DNA of 63,696 nt, filler included, from Choristocarpus tenellus KU-1152 (Eukaryota; Protista; Phaeophyceae), in the NCBI GenBank assembly GCA_964200185.2. It is 13 parts of 13 records of this genome, joined end to end, with 100 filler letters (N's around TTAATTAATTAA, not from the genome) between each part and the next. Parts side by side here need not be neighbours in the genome. Positions count along the whole stretch, not along the records: positions 21,173 to 26,577 come from CAXNAD020010892.1; positions 26,678 to 30,039 come from CAXNAD020020537.1; positions 30,140 to 34,514 come from CAXNAD020014846.1; positions 34,615 to 37,323 come from CAXNAD020025427.1; positions 37,424 to 43,584 come from CAXNAD020008798.1; 8 more parts are not named here. One strand, 5' to 3'. Numbering within the stretch: position 1 is the first letter of the stretch; each line of letters opens with the position of its first letter. The position numbers and the translations under genes were made by a program. Shown piece after piece: positions 25,801-38,435 of this stretch. The notes beneath the pieces were generated by a model that had not been told where the DNA came from, made no database searches, and saw only the letters and a program-made list of their open reading frames with translations.

Positions 25801-26386
25801 CTCAAGATGTACAGTGACCTGAATGCGGAGGAGTATGAGAGGTGGGAAAATAAATAATAAACAGTGAACAAGGACTAAATAACCTCTCCATTTTTTTTTT
25901 CATAAAAAGGTTGGGAAGAAAGTTCACTTTAAAAAAAAAAAAAAATGTTTTCTGGGACTTTTGGGAGATTACTTTTTTGTAGTCCGAAAGGGCAGTCAGT
26001 CATGCGGTTCTCACTTTTTTTTATATGCACGGTCCGTATGACTTTTTTCTTATAAAAAGGGAAGGAAAAAAAAGAACTTTTGCTGAAGTGGTGTATTTAT
26101 TTTTGAAGGAGTTCTACATCTATAATATATATATAGAGAGAGAGAGACCATCCTGAGCAATGAAAAGAAAAAAAATGTAGGCCTGAGCGTGTCTCCCCCT
26201 TGCCCTCGCCCTCCCTCCCACCATCTGTGCAGGTGCCATCAACAGCACACGGCAGAGCAAGGAGAGCAAAGCAGGCGACGAAAAAAGCTTGATGAACATT
26301 GGGCTCGGCTTGAAGAGCTTGCCCAGGCTAAGGCAGGGGATTGGATAGGGGATGAGATGAATAGTATAGTAGTATCAGGCTGCTGA
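22809..26386 (+). CDS. PP2A regulatory subunit B' (B56), last three exons 22809-22865, 25636-25841, 26233-26386
   Basis: LFSLLSRCISSDHFQ|VAERALFLWNNE...HWNSTVETLANNVLKMYSD...|...WARLEELA...stop; B56 hallmark HFQVAERAL.LWNNE; splice phases match. Confidence 0.95.
24128..24534 (-). mobile_element. MITE family A with internal minisatellite, inside a B56 intron
   Basis: Both TIRs present; ten 16-18-bp GAGG(G/T/A)TGTATACCTTT(TT) units at 24144-24311. Confidence 0.9.
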
Positions 26387-26483
26387 TCCTGTACATTCCT
26401 GGAAGAACACTTGATACCTCTTCTTTCAGAGAGACTCAACTTTCCGCCAACTAGCCCCTCCCATACCATACCATACCATACCA

Positions 26484-26519
<36 letters not shown>

Positions 26520-27705
26520 TCCCCTCCCTCCCCCCCCCTCCCCCCCCCTCCTCACCCTCCCAAAAACAAACACTATTNNNNNNNNNNNNNNNNNNNNNNN
26601 NNNNNNNNNNNNNNNNNNNNNTTAATTAATTAANNNNNNNNNNNNNNNNNNNNNNNNNNNNNNNNNNNNNNNNNNNNAAAATTAATTTTATGAAAAAAAA
26701 AAAAAGTGTTTATTGAAAAAAAAAATTATGCTGCTTTCGATTCAGCTTTTTTTTTTAATGTTTTCAGGCATGGAAGCTTCTTCTACGGATCAGAAAATTG
26801 TTCCATTTTTCATGGAGAACTAACTCTCCTTGTTATCGGTGGGTGGCGTTCTATCATATCGCACGCACGTTCTCACGTAGAGCGAACTTTTTCATCTGTA
26901 ATTGACCAATCATGTAAGGGCATAATTTTTTTTACTAAGGCTACCTCAGGGACTCATCGCCTATCAACCAGTATTGTCGGAACAGGGTGCTGCAATTTGG
27001 AGGAGGGATCAGTGTTGAGAGACGCCAAGACAGGAGGGTACAACCCCTGAAGGGGAGATCCTTGGTCGTTGGACTGCATTGAAGCCCACTGTGATATTTG
27101 TTTCGAATTCAGAACTGTTCTTATTGCCACAAATATATTTATTTAGTTATTTCAGTACGGCATATTCTATTTGAAAAAAAAATGCAGTGCTGTTGGGGTT
27201 TTTTTTAATATATATATATATTGTTCTGAAAAGCATTTTTATTTTAAAGAAAAAGAAAAAGAAGGAAAATTAATAGATTTTTACTTGCGGGCATTTGGCA
27301 ACACACATCTTTATTTTTATTTTCGCGTTTTTGATCGTGAAGCGACTCTCTCGCCGGGGACAGCAGTGACTCGAGGTACAAAAGGTGTACCTCGAGAACA
27401 TACAATGTAGTGGTTGTTTGGTTTTGCTGTTGAGAGATGGTATTAGGGTTAGGGTTAGGGTTGTGTATACGGCTGAGTGCTTCATTGTGCATGGTCTCTG
27501 CTGCTGTGGTACTCTACCTTGCTCCAACCAAGATTGGCTAGCCTATTTTGATGTTGATGTCTTGAGGTTGCACTGCAAGGCATTGATTTATTTATTTTTG
27601 TCTTGTTGCCGTCGTGCTGTGGTTGCTTCCGTGGCGCCCTGGGGCAACAGCGTGTGTGAAAGTGATGATGACCGGAAAGAAATTTGTTTTCAGGGGAATA
27701 ATGTA

Positions 27706-27847
27706 CCTGTGGAGTGTTGTTTGTTTTCCTACCTTTTGCGAGGTGACCGCATGGGAACATGTGTGATGATTTGACCCTGTGGAATGTTGTTTGTTTTCCT
27801 ACCTTTTGTGAGGTGACCGCATGGGAACATGTGTGATGATTTGACCC
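27706..27847. repeat. ~71-bp tandem duplication
   Basis: CCTGTGGA(G/A)TGTTGTTTGTTTTCCTACC...GATGATTTGACC occurs twice, nearly identical. Confidence 0.9.
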
Positions 27848-30800
27848 CGGGAATCATGGTGTTCACTAGAGAAAAACGTAGGCCTGCTTTGTGTTTGATG
27901 GGCGGAGGGTTTGTCTTTATCAGTGGAAGAATGTCGCTGCGGCCTCGTGGTTAGACTTGTACGTGCTCCGCTTGAAGTGTTTCCTAGCGAGTTTGGAGAG
28001 TTTGATTTTTCTCCTTCTGTTGCAAGCGTTTGTAGCGTTACTTAAGCACTACTGTTCTAGGCTTTATTTACTGTACTGTTCTAGACTGCAGTCTGCCGAC
28101 TTTATTTTTTTTGTTTATTGCATTGCATCTACTTTCATTTTTTTCTGCACATTGTATATATATATATAATGCTTTATTCTTTTTTTTAATTGTGAAACAA
28201 ACTGGCTACTACTTTTGTGTGTGTCACTTGGTTTTGTTTGCACCCGCTGCTCCTCACCCTCCGTACTATCTTCCCCTTCCCACCCCCTAACGCTATCCTT
28301 TCCCCGGCTTGTGCTGTTCTTACCTCATCCTTGCTGCCGCCGAAGGGGTTCAATGGACAGCCCAGATCAACTCCCCACTCCATGCGAATTGCACCCAGAA
28401 AGCCTGGAGCAGTAGCCGCTGGCCGAGGGGCACCACGGGGGGTAGGAGCGAATGCTGATGCAGAGGGGGTTCATGTGGCACAAGGCGATAGGCCAGCCCA
28501 GGATGGTGGTTTCTATGTGGATGCTGGAATTGTTGTTGTGATTGCGATGGTGATGATGGCTCTGGGCGTTGCTGTTTCACATTGGGGCTCTGTGGTCTCA
28601 TCGTTGTAAGACAGTTACATTTTTTTTTGTTCTGATAATGTTCTTGTCATATCTCCTCCGGAGGTGTTTGCTCTCATGGCACCCTATGCTGCTGTGGCAG
28701 TCAAGATAGGGTACACGTGTTCTGGAGCAAATTGTACCTTTTTGTTGATAGCAGCGCTTGCTGCCTTGCTGTACCCTGTCTGGGCGCTTGTCTGTCTGTC
28801 TGTCTGTCTGTGTGCTTGTGTCTGTATGTGTCTGAGTCTGGGTCTGGTCTTTGATGGTGTCCTAAGTGGTGGGCTTCCCTTGAGGCAGAGTCAAGAGGCA
28901 GGGATGACTGTTTCTCATACCACTGGCTAATGAGTACTACCAGTGTCCACATTGAGGAGGTAGGGGGGGAAGCTGGACAAGTGCACCCAGGTGGCTTTAT
29001 GTGTAAAATATGACAATGCCATTGGTCGAGACATTGATTGTGCCATGTGTCATTTTTTGTGTGAATGTGGATTAATTTGTTTTTTGTTTGGGTGTGATAC
29101 AAGGCTTGCTCGTTTAGAGAGAGCTTACTTGTTCATGCTCTGAGCTGCTGTCATGTCATAGGTAAAGATACTGCCTTGTTTCATTGTATACAAGAGCTGC
29201 TGCTGGTGCCACTTGTTCTGCTGCTGCTTCTGGTTCAGAGCACTGCTGTAATGCTTGAGGCTGCTTGCAAAATCCAATTGTTGTCGTTAGACCTGCATGA
29301 ATGAGGAGAACACTGCGATTTGATAAAAGTGCTTTACGTTAAATAAGAATTAAGAATAAGAATAAATAGGAAACTGAAAAATATAGTGACACCTAGAAAA
29401 CTCCGTTTCTGAAAATGGTAGCACAATATGTATGATCGGGTTTTCTTGTCAATATTACTGTATAATAGAAGGGTATTATTACGAGACAATGGACATGTAA
29501 AACACTATTGGAATTGATTGGATTAGTGCCAATATATTTATGGATAAGAACAATTTTTTAAGGGGATTGGGAAAAGCTGTATGGCGAGACCTACTCATTG
29601 ACTCAATGCAACACATGTTTCATCCCGTTTGCAAAAATTATTTTTTAAATATATAATTTTTAATGCATCGTTATTCAATGGTGCCAACTACTCCCTGAAC
29701 CTCAGGATGAATCTAGATCCGATGTAGGGAGTGATCATAAAAAACAAATTGACTTCAGTATTGATAGCACACCAGACAGATAGATCTCTTCTGTGAGATC
29801 CGTAAACCCAATCTCAATTGTGATCAGTCAATTTAATCTTGGACTGTCAGTACGGCACTGCTGATCAAGCTGCAATGAGTATCAAATACGGAACGTTTTT
29901 TGTGATTATATTGTACTTCAGAATTGTACTATAATAGTATCGCTGTCATTTTGATCTGATTAAAATTTTTCTCCCTTCCATTGTTAGGAACTCTTCATTC
30001 ATACTGATCGGCTCAAAGTATCTGAGGGGGGGGAGGGGGNNNNNNNNNNNNNNNNNNNNNNNNNNNNNNNNNNNNNNNNNNNNTTAATTAATTAANNNNN
30101 NNNNNNNNNNNNNNNNNNNNNNNNNNNNNNNNNNNNNNNTGGTGTAGCATGGGTGGAGCTTCCACTCCCCCCCCCAATGGCGTCATCCTTGTCCCTTCCA
30201 TCTGTTAGTGCGGAGTGGAGAGACTCGTCCCCGCAACTTGGTAGTCCTTCCGGCCTGTCACTTCCATCACCAGGCTTCTCCACAGGTCTGACCCCTTCAA
30301 TGACCACAGCGGACTTCTTGTTTTTCTTAGTCTTATATTTGTTGTACTTGTTGTTCTTTTTCTTGTCGGCAGAGGTCGAGGTCCTGCCAACTTTTGCTTT
30401 CTTGCCGAAGGGCCGTCTCTGCAAGAAGAAGAACCGTCTGATTCCCCCTTACTGGAAAGATCAGTTGTTGAAGAATGGATGGAGTTTTCACTCCCCCCCC
30501 CAAAGTCGCCATCCATGTCTCTTGCACCTGTTGGGGCAGCGTGGACAGACTCCTCCCCACTTGTACCCACCGTATCGATGATTGTGTATCTTCCAGAAAC
30601 ATTCCCACCAGGGAGAGACTCTGATGGTGCGCTTGGCACTTCCCCCACGACTGTATACGTGATATACAATAGTAGAAGCATCACAATGCCGCGCCTTCAC
30701 ATGACGCCAGAGGATCGTCTGTCATGTCTGGCACCCACGCCGTGTTGTCCCCTACACCAAGCGTCACCCACAGGTACGAAAGTATTTACTCACCGGCAGT

Positions 30801-31652
30801 CAACAGTGTGTGCCGCACAAGGCAGCATCAAGGAGGAAAATTTATGCTATACCGAAACCAATAATTTACCCTTAAAAAATTGAGCTTAACAAATATTACG
30901 AAGTTCCTAGGTCTCACAGTGTGTAACTAACGCCTATTCCACATGTTCCATTCTTTCCAGGAGTAAAAAGAATAGGGCGAGGGTATTCAACGTGGTGAGG
31001 GACAGCTCCTCGACAGTTTGACGTGCAGCACCCTGGAACACATGTCGTTGGTGTCACCGTCCGGGAGAGCAATAGCACTGCCATGCCACACGACACGATC
31101 ACGTCTCATGACTCAACCGCTGGAATGCACCATTTGGACCCACATACCAACAAGAGGGTGTGTCACCCGGATGCACTGTGTCAACAGTACCCTCAGAGGT
31201 ACTGCACGCGAATGAGTCGCGAGACAAAGTAAATTTTCACTGACGACAGCTAAGCCCCCCTTGTGAACTACCACAGTACACACTCTATGAGAAGTACAAG
31301 AATTCCGTATCGATCATGCCTGTCCTTGTATGAACAAAATACACAGGACAATAATCTTGTTTGTATGCAATTCTACAGCAATCGCAATATGTCCGGTCAT
31401 ACATCACCCATCGCATTCAATTATAAATGTATTTGCCAAGTGACACATACACACAAATGAAGGAATTATTAATTATTCACAGCATCCACCCCTGCTAAAT
31501 TTGAAACGCTTCTTAATATGATTACTTGCCTAAACCCTGGAGCACAAGTTGTTTGGTCGCATCTGAGCACCCCTAATTACACACTGCTTAACACAAATAC
31601 AATCCGACTTACACCATCCCTTCCTTACATACACTCACACCATACCCCTCAG

Positions 31653-33400
31653 ACTTGGACAGATGGGGAGGGCAGACTCCACAGCAACACATTTGCAAAA
31701 CTTCTACAGAACGACACTTTCAGAATCCGGGAGGTAGTTCACCTTCCAGCTTTCAGGATCGACCGCTCAGGACAACACGACCCACGTGTCCTGAACTTGA
31801 GTGGCACAGAGTCCATGCTCAGGTTTTTCACTGGTCGATACACCAACAGAGACTCCTGTACGTTGTTATATACGGAGATGTCGTGCTACTGCACCATGTG
31901 TTTCATCGGCAACGTCGCCAACTGTAAGTGACAACTAACTCACATGCCCCCACTGCAGGAGATGGACCTCGGATTTCCTATGGAGTCTGGAATGGGCGAT
32001 ACGTATCTGAGAAGCCAGTTGTCAAGGAAGAAGAGACAGCTCAAGGAAGGGAACATATACATTGTGCAACGCAGCCCTCGGAGTACAATGGGCTAGAGTT
32101 CTTGCTGTTCACTGTGCAGCGTAAGGACACTGTTCAATGGAATGACAGGCCCCATTCCGGCTACGGAGGGATGTTCAGGGCTGGCAATGTGATAATCTTC
32201 GTCGTTGAAGACTTTGAGGTGTTGAGTGCCAGCTTCGTTGATGGAGTGCCAACTCTTTACATGTCACGGGCGGACAAGGTGGACTACGTTTTTATTTCCA
32301 TGTACCAATCAGTGTTTTTAGGGATACAATTGTGCTTGTTTTGTTTATAGAGTTCACGTCCAATAATGTTCTGTGGTGTACAACTAAAATTTCTTCTTTA
32401 TATTGAACGAATTTACGTAAAACAACTATTCTAAGTATAATTTCTTTGTTTCAATGCATTTCTTCTACATTTCTACCACAATCGAGAACCTTCTTATAAT
32501 TACGGAAAAGAACGTTCGAACTATACAACCTTTCCCATACCTTCCTTTCACTTCCAAAATCTATCTTGTGCATAATAACATCACTTCTTCTCCAACAATA
32601 ATAACAGCAGCATGTAAAACACAACATTGTTGTCTTTTGTGCAAACATACTAACAGTTGCCTCCCTATCAACCCCATCCTAAACAACAAATATCTTGGTG
32701 GCATTACAGCACGCACAACAGAGTCCCTGTGTGCTGTGCCCCTTCAGGCTGTCATCATACCTGACTTCACAGACATTCACCACAACGGTGTGGACTACAC
32801 ATTCACTATCCTGCCTGGACAATTCCAGAGGTTCACTTCAGAGTTCAACCGACAATCACTCGGAAGAGTACCTGCTCGCTTGTCAAGGCAACTCCGACTT
32901 GGGGACACATCCCATGCAAGGTTCGCCCAAGGCACATGCTTTGTCCTATGCGTGGGAGGAGGGGCTATCGTACAGGGGGAGGTCCGTGATGTTCACCTTG
33001 ACGATTCAGGGGCATACATGTACTCTGTGTCCTACCTTCCCGACGATGGCAAAAACTCTTTGCCCCCTGAACTGAGGCTCTACATGACAGAGGACAAGAT
33101 CGAGGAGGAGTGAAAGTATCTTAGAGGCTACGAGTTTTGCCCTGTTTGTCCATTTGGGGCTTTGCTTCCCATGGGTTCTTTTATGACGTTTTCCTAATCC
33201 AAAATGTTCAGGAGTAGTTACAATGTATAAGTTATGAAAAGGTGTGTCCGTAACAAGGATATTGGCACTTACTGACAAACACGATAGCCAAAATTACATC
33301 AAAATCTAAACATTGGGTTTTGGCCCCCAAATGGACGCGGTCCTACCCTCTAAGATACGTTGGCTCGGAGGGAGTCCAACAGCTTCGGGAGAGGAAGTAG
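31653..33400 (+). pseudogene. Decayed intron-containing ORF resembling a Sola2-type transposase C-terminus plus a Tudor-like domain
   Basis: IDR...LSGTESMLRF...LLYTEMSCYCTMCFIGNVANC; internal stop and frameshift; intron ~32279-32748; last exon RFAQGT.FV...VQGEV.......YMYSVSY...MTEDKIEE, interrupted by a MITE. No DDE core visible. Confidence 0.45.
33108..33366 (-). mobile_element. MITE family A, full length, TSD GGAG
   Basis: GGAG|GAGTGAAAGTATCTTAGAGG ... CCTCTAAGATACGTTGGCTC|GGAG. Confidence 0.93.
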
Positions 33401-34832
33401 AGGGACAGTGTTAATGGGCCTGCAGCAGCCCAGTGTGTCAGGCAGGAGAAGCGTAGGGATGAGGAGGAGGATATCCAGAGATACATCCTCCTGGAACTGT
33501 CACTGAGGGCTGTGCCTGATTTAGATGAGAGGGAAACGCTATATGGTAGTATGAAGGGGCAAGGGGCTGTACTTCGGATGAGACGATCAGTGGATGCGAG
33601 GGACTGTGACCAAGTACCAACCCCACTGCACGGTGAGAGTCAGAGAGGAGCAAATCAGCTAACCCTACGAGGTTAAATGGGAGAATGGCGAGTTGCATAA
33701 TATCCAGATTCTTCCAGAAAGATAGAGTACAGGGCAAGGCGCTCCCATGCAGGCCTGGTTCTGGACAACTACCACATCGCCGTAACGCTAAGAGAGACAC
33801 GGTTTTCAGGAGCTAGCTAAGCTGTTCCTATCCAGGAGCCACCCTGTCCAGCAACAATGTGGTACATGCCTCCATGGACATCATACGTTGGAGGGGTCGG
33901 ATTTCGTTAAATGCAAGTATTTCTTACATTTCTTTCATTTCTTTCATTCGAAAGAAAATATTAGACCATCGTTCATGTACACATGTGTCCTCGTAGGCAC
34001 GCTTTTATTGACCCCATAAGACAGATTTTGGGGGGAATTATATTTCCTGTCTTTCTTTTGGTATCGTTCTTGATGCACCCTTGGATTCGTGGAACCGAGA
34101 CATCGGATCTAAGATTTCTTTGCGCTGCTCCATTAAATGGGTCATTCATAGACAGTTGGCAAAACTATCACAGAACACCCTCTCATACCTCATATAACAG
34201 CTTAAAAAACGCTAGGCGAAATATTTACTACAGGTAAACACTCTTCTAACCCTCTGCGAAATGGCTCTAACCACCTAACATTAACAAAATTTGAACGTAG
34301 GGGCGAGTTTCCGAACCCATAATCACACAATCTACAAGGATCCAAGCGGCAAGCACAGGTTCTAAATACATTCTATGCCACATAACATCAAGAAAGGAAA
34401 AACCCTCCACGACTGAAGACAGCAATTCCACGAATTATTAAGCACCTCGTCAGAGCCAAAACGGACACCCCAGTGCAAATCACCCCCCCCCCCCCCCCCG
34501 CTTGTCACCAAGTTNNNNNNNNNNNNNNNNNNNNNNNNNNNNNNNNNNNNNNNNNNNNTTAATTAATTAANNNNNNNNNNNNNNNNNNNNNNNNNNNNNN
34601 NNNNNNNNNNNNNNCTGATTTTGGCCCAAATGGACACCCTGGTGCAGACCCCTCCCCCCCCCCCAGATAAGTTGGCCTGACAACAAGAGCAGAATCCAAA
34701 GTACTATACATGAGTATATCGATTATGCACAGCACAGTTCAGTAGATCAAGAAATCGTTTAGAAGGTACGTCTCTACAGCATATCTTTCACCAATTAACC
34801 TCAATCCCAACGATCCAAGAGAAACAATAAGT

Positions 34833-36578
34833 CTACACTTCACCATCCACCGACCTGGCCAATTGAAGGCTCTTCAGCCCCTCAGCCTGTACCCGGACTG
34901 TCCGAGCGAACACATTGAGGCCAAGGTTCCACACTGTCAGTTTGCCGTGTGATGGGTACCGCCGTGCCATGATAGCTCGCTCTTGTGCTTTCTCAACACT
35001 CCCTGGTCCGATTGCTGCTGCCGCTGTCATGATCCAGAAAGGTGCAATATCGATGAAGGGTGAAGCCCCAGCCTTCTTTGCCTGGGTTCGCCTGTTGGGG
35101 TGATGTACCTGAATACAGCGAACAGGGAAGGTGTCTCCTAAGTCAATCTCCCACCATGGGCTGTCTTCTCTGCGTGTGCGACTACAGGCATGAGCTGATC
35201 CAATTCTTTGTTTCTCATCATTGATGCTTGGTATTGTCCTCTGGAGAAAAGATCCAGTTGATGCAACGTTTCTGCCAGTAGTGGCTGAAGCCCGACCTTT
35301 GTTTGATTGGTCTGACCCTCCCAAGGTCGATCGCTGAGATGACTGACATTTTATGGTGGATCGGGAGCTTCCCCATTCGTTCCCCTCCTTCATCGAGGTA
35401 GGAATCTTAGACTCGCACAGCTCATGTGCTTTTTTTGTGGGACAATGAATAGCAACATTCATCTGGTCGCCTGCACTCTCCTCCAACACATGCCCTTTAG
35501 TGGAAATGCAGTGCCCTGCATCTCTTCCGTCTGCAGTACTGCTTTGTGTAGCGTATGCGAATTCTCTACCTGTCAGGTCAGTCTCGCCAATGTCTATGTC
35601 ATTTTTTTTTATCAAGGAGTCTAGGTGGAAGTTGACCTCCTGAACTTGAGGCTTCGTATTAGCCTTTCCTTTCCTACCCTTCCATCGGTCTTTCCCTTTA
35701 CCGAGTCGTCCTGCATGACTGCTAACATAGGCAATCTCCTTGTCTGGGAGGGGTTTGTTAGAAGCAATATTTTGCAATGTGAGAGATACACGCTCGTCCG
35801 AGCGACCGACTCCACGAGGGACAAGTCCGCCGTCGCCATCAAGCCCACCATCCGTGCAAAAGAATTGACTGCAAAACACGCAGAGTCGGGCTCGTCGGTA
35901 GAGGTATGTTGCCGCCTTGTGTTTTTTCCCCTCGTGATTCATACCCCAACGCTCTCGAGCGTCTAGAATGCGTTTCATTGTGATCACTCCAGATACGCTC
36001 GAACTCTCAAAGGACTTCTGGCACATGTCGCAGCGAAGGTGCACGGTGGTGGGGAGACCCGCCCCAAACTCGACAGTGCTGTGAATGCCCCTATATGCGT
36101 CCATTCCAACACGGGAGATATTGTTCGGGCCATTACTTGGAGGGATCGATCCGTTAGAAGTGTCGGCCCGCTGCAGTGGGAATTCCTTCCCATTTATCTC
36201 CACACTGTCCCAGTGTACGGGGCTCTCCTTTCTACCACATCGTCTGTTCCTCGCTTCTTCGAGCAGACCGACACGGATCACTGGGGAGGATTCCACGGAG
36301 GACCTCTTCCTCACACGATGCATCAGTTCCTTTGACAGGGCAAGGAGTTTGATGTGGTGTGGGTCAGGTGGCTTGATTGAATCCGGGTCATTTTCGGAAC
36401 ATATGTGACTTCGATTGTAGTTCGCCGATTCGACACCTATGTCAGCTGGGTCTTGGTCCATGGCTTTCGCAACCGACACTCCTACATGGACGAGGGGGTA
36501 AGTGGGGTGCGACGGGCCAACCATTGTCATGCATACAATAGGTGTCTTGTGTTTGGGCTCGACGACATGATAGAGCAC
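34833..36578 (-). CDS. Large exon: CxxC...CxxC region plus C-terminal F5/8-type C (fucolectin-like) domain
   Basis: 581-aa ORF; CSRTRREDSPWWEIDLG..PVRCIQV..R...ARTVRVQ..LQLA is typical of F5/8C/FTP domains; CDMC...CVFC pair; donor near 34854. Confidence 0.8.
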   Translation of the reverse strand: MLYHVVEPKHKTPIVCMTMVGPSHPTYPLVHVGVSVAKAMDQDPADIGVESANYNRSHICSENDPDSIKPPDPHHIKLLALSKELMHRVRKRSSVESSPVIRVGLLEEARNRRCGRKESPVHWDSVEINGKEFPLQRADTSNGSIPPSNGPNNISRVGMDAYRGIHSTVEFGAGLPTTVHLRCDMCQKSFESSSVSGVITMKRILDARERWGMNHEGKKHKAATYLYRRARLCVFCSQFFCTDGGLDGDGGLVPRGVGRSDERVSLTLQNIASNKPLPDKEIAYVSSHAGRLGKGKDRWKGRKGKANTKPQVQEVNFHLDSLIKKNDIDIGETDLTGREFAYATQSSTADGRDAGHCISTKGHVLEESAGDQMNVAIHCPTKKAHELCESKIPTSMKEGNEWGSSRSTIKCQSSQRSTLGGSDQSNKGRASATTGRNVASTGSFLQRTIPSINDEKQRIGSAHACSRTRREDSPWWEIDLGDTFPVRCIQVHHPNRRTQAKKAGASPFIDIAPFWIMTAAAAIGPGSVEKAQERAIMARRYPSHGKLTVWNLGLNVFARTVRVQAEGLKSLQLARSVDGEV

Positions 36579-38341
36579 AGCCTTCTGTCTCTTGGCATGG
36601 GCATCTCTGTGCTCTCCACCGCGCGCGGCTTATTTGTCCTATCGCTCATGAAACCGTATGAAACGTCATAGAAATCTCGTTGGATTTTGGAATTTGTATA
36701 TTCGATTGTCGTTTTCGATTTTGTCGTCCTTTCGTTTTCTTGCGAAACAAACGAATAGTACCTACTGTTGTTACACATACAATAATACAACATACTTTCA
36801 AACTTTGAAGATAACGCTGTACTCGCATAGAGCTGTTAAAAAACACGTACTGTGCGTAGTCCATCATGAGGGTATGACTCGCTGTGAGAAAATGTCTAGA
36901 TACAAAAACTGTTCATTCTTCCTTGATGTACAAGGCCAAACAAACCGTTAAGGAGCACTTCCATTGTAAGACGATTGTTGCTTCAGGGCATGAGAAGCGA
37001 TACTTTTTTATTTGTTATGTGATTGGCAGTTCACATGTACAGTTCTGAGAGTAGAATCTCTACCTCCCAGTATCATTAAGCCCAAAGAAAGGACGTTGGC
37101 AATACTCGCTATACGTAAGGGGGGTGAAACGGCAATGGGATCAGTACTTCAGTCCTCCAACGAATGGTTTGGGTCCTGGACATGGAACGATTGGCTTTGT
37201 TCATCTCACAAGAAGTCGATCAAAGACTGAAGCTGATAGGGCATCCACTGTTCGATTAGACTCTTGCAACTCTATCGGACAGTTACGGTAAAATATATAT
37301 GGAGTAATGGAACAATCAATTAGNNNNNNNNNNNNNNNNNNNNNNNNNNNNNNNNNNNNNNNNNNNNTTAATTAATTAANNNNNNNNNNNNNNNNNNNNN
37401 NNNNNNNNNNNNNNNNNNNNNNNGTTTGGTTCAAGACCATACACCTCTCTCATCTCAACAATTGCCTTTAAAAAAAAAAAAAAATTCCAACAAAAAGGTT
37501 AGGAAAAAAAAGATTTTTTTTTTTTAAAAAGGGGAAAAAAAAAAAAAATAAAAAAAAATTAAAAAAAAAAAAAAAAAAAAATTCCAACCAGTTGGTTTGG
37601 TTTGGTTTGATTTTTTTTTTTTAAAGAGCGTAATAAAAAACATAATTAAAAAACATTAAAAAAAAAGCATCAAGAGGGGAAAAGAAGAGGGTCGAGAGAA
37701 GAAAGTTTTAGGGTCAGGGAATAGGTACCATTATTATTACACAATTCTTGCCATCCACTAGGATTAGAGGAGATTACCAATGCGCTGTATGTGATGGGTA
37801 CATCAGGAGGGACCAAGGGAGAGTCGACACAAGGGGAGCAGGATAAACTTTATGATCCAATGACATCACATTTCACTAACATGACATTGTCCTGAACTCA
37901 TCTACACCTCACCATCATTACTAGCCTTACATTGATCACAATATATATTTTCACTTATTCACAGTTACATCATTCACTCGATAATTGGTGTGACAAAGGT
38001 TACCAATTCCCTCTCAACCTCCTTTTTAGTGGGGTTGTAGTCAACACTCACACAATGTGGTTCCAAGGTTATCATTATTGATGACACTAATTTTGATAAC
38101 ATTATTCCCACCCACACCCACACTGCATTAATGACAGACACCATATGGGTGACGAGCATCGACTCAATCCAAGCACACACACACTATTAGAACTATTTTT
38201 TCTTCAAAAACAAGATTTTTTTTTAAAGAATATAAAATTAAAAAATTATCTTCAAAAACAAAACAAAACACGCACACACATTAAAAATAAAAATTCAGAG
38301 TGTATCTTGTCACCGCTCACGCTGCAAAATCTGTTTCACAT

Positions 38342-38376
<35 letters not shown>

Positions 38377-38435
38377 AAACACATGCATACACGCATACAC
38401 ACACACACATACATGTATGTAAGGTAAAGGTATAC

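Noticed and set aside
33108-33370. MITE A acting as an introner (GT at element positions 3-4, AG in the TSD)
   Set aside because: Splicing would leave 2 extra nt and shift the frame; the other TSDs lack AG.
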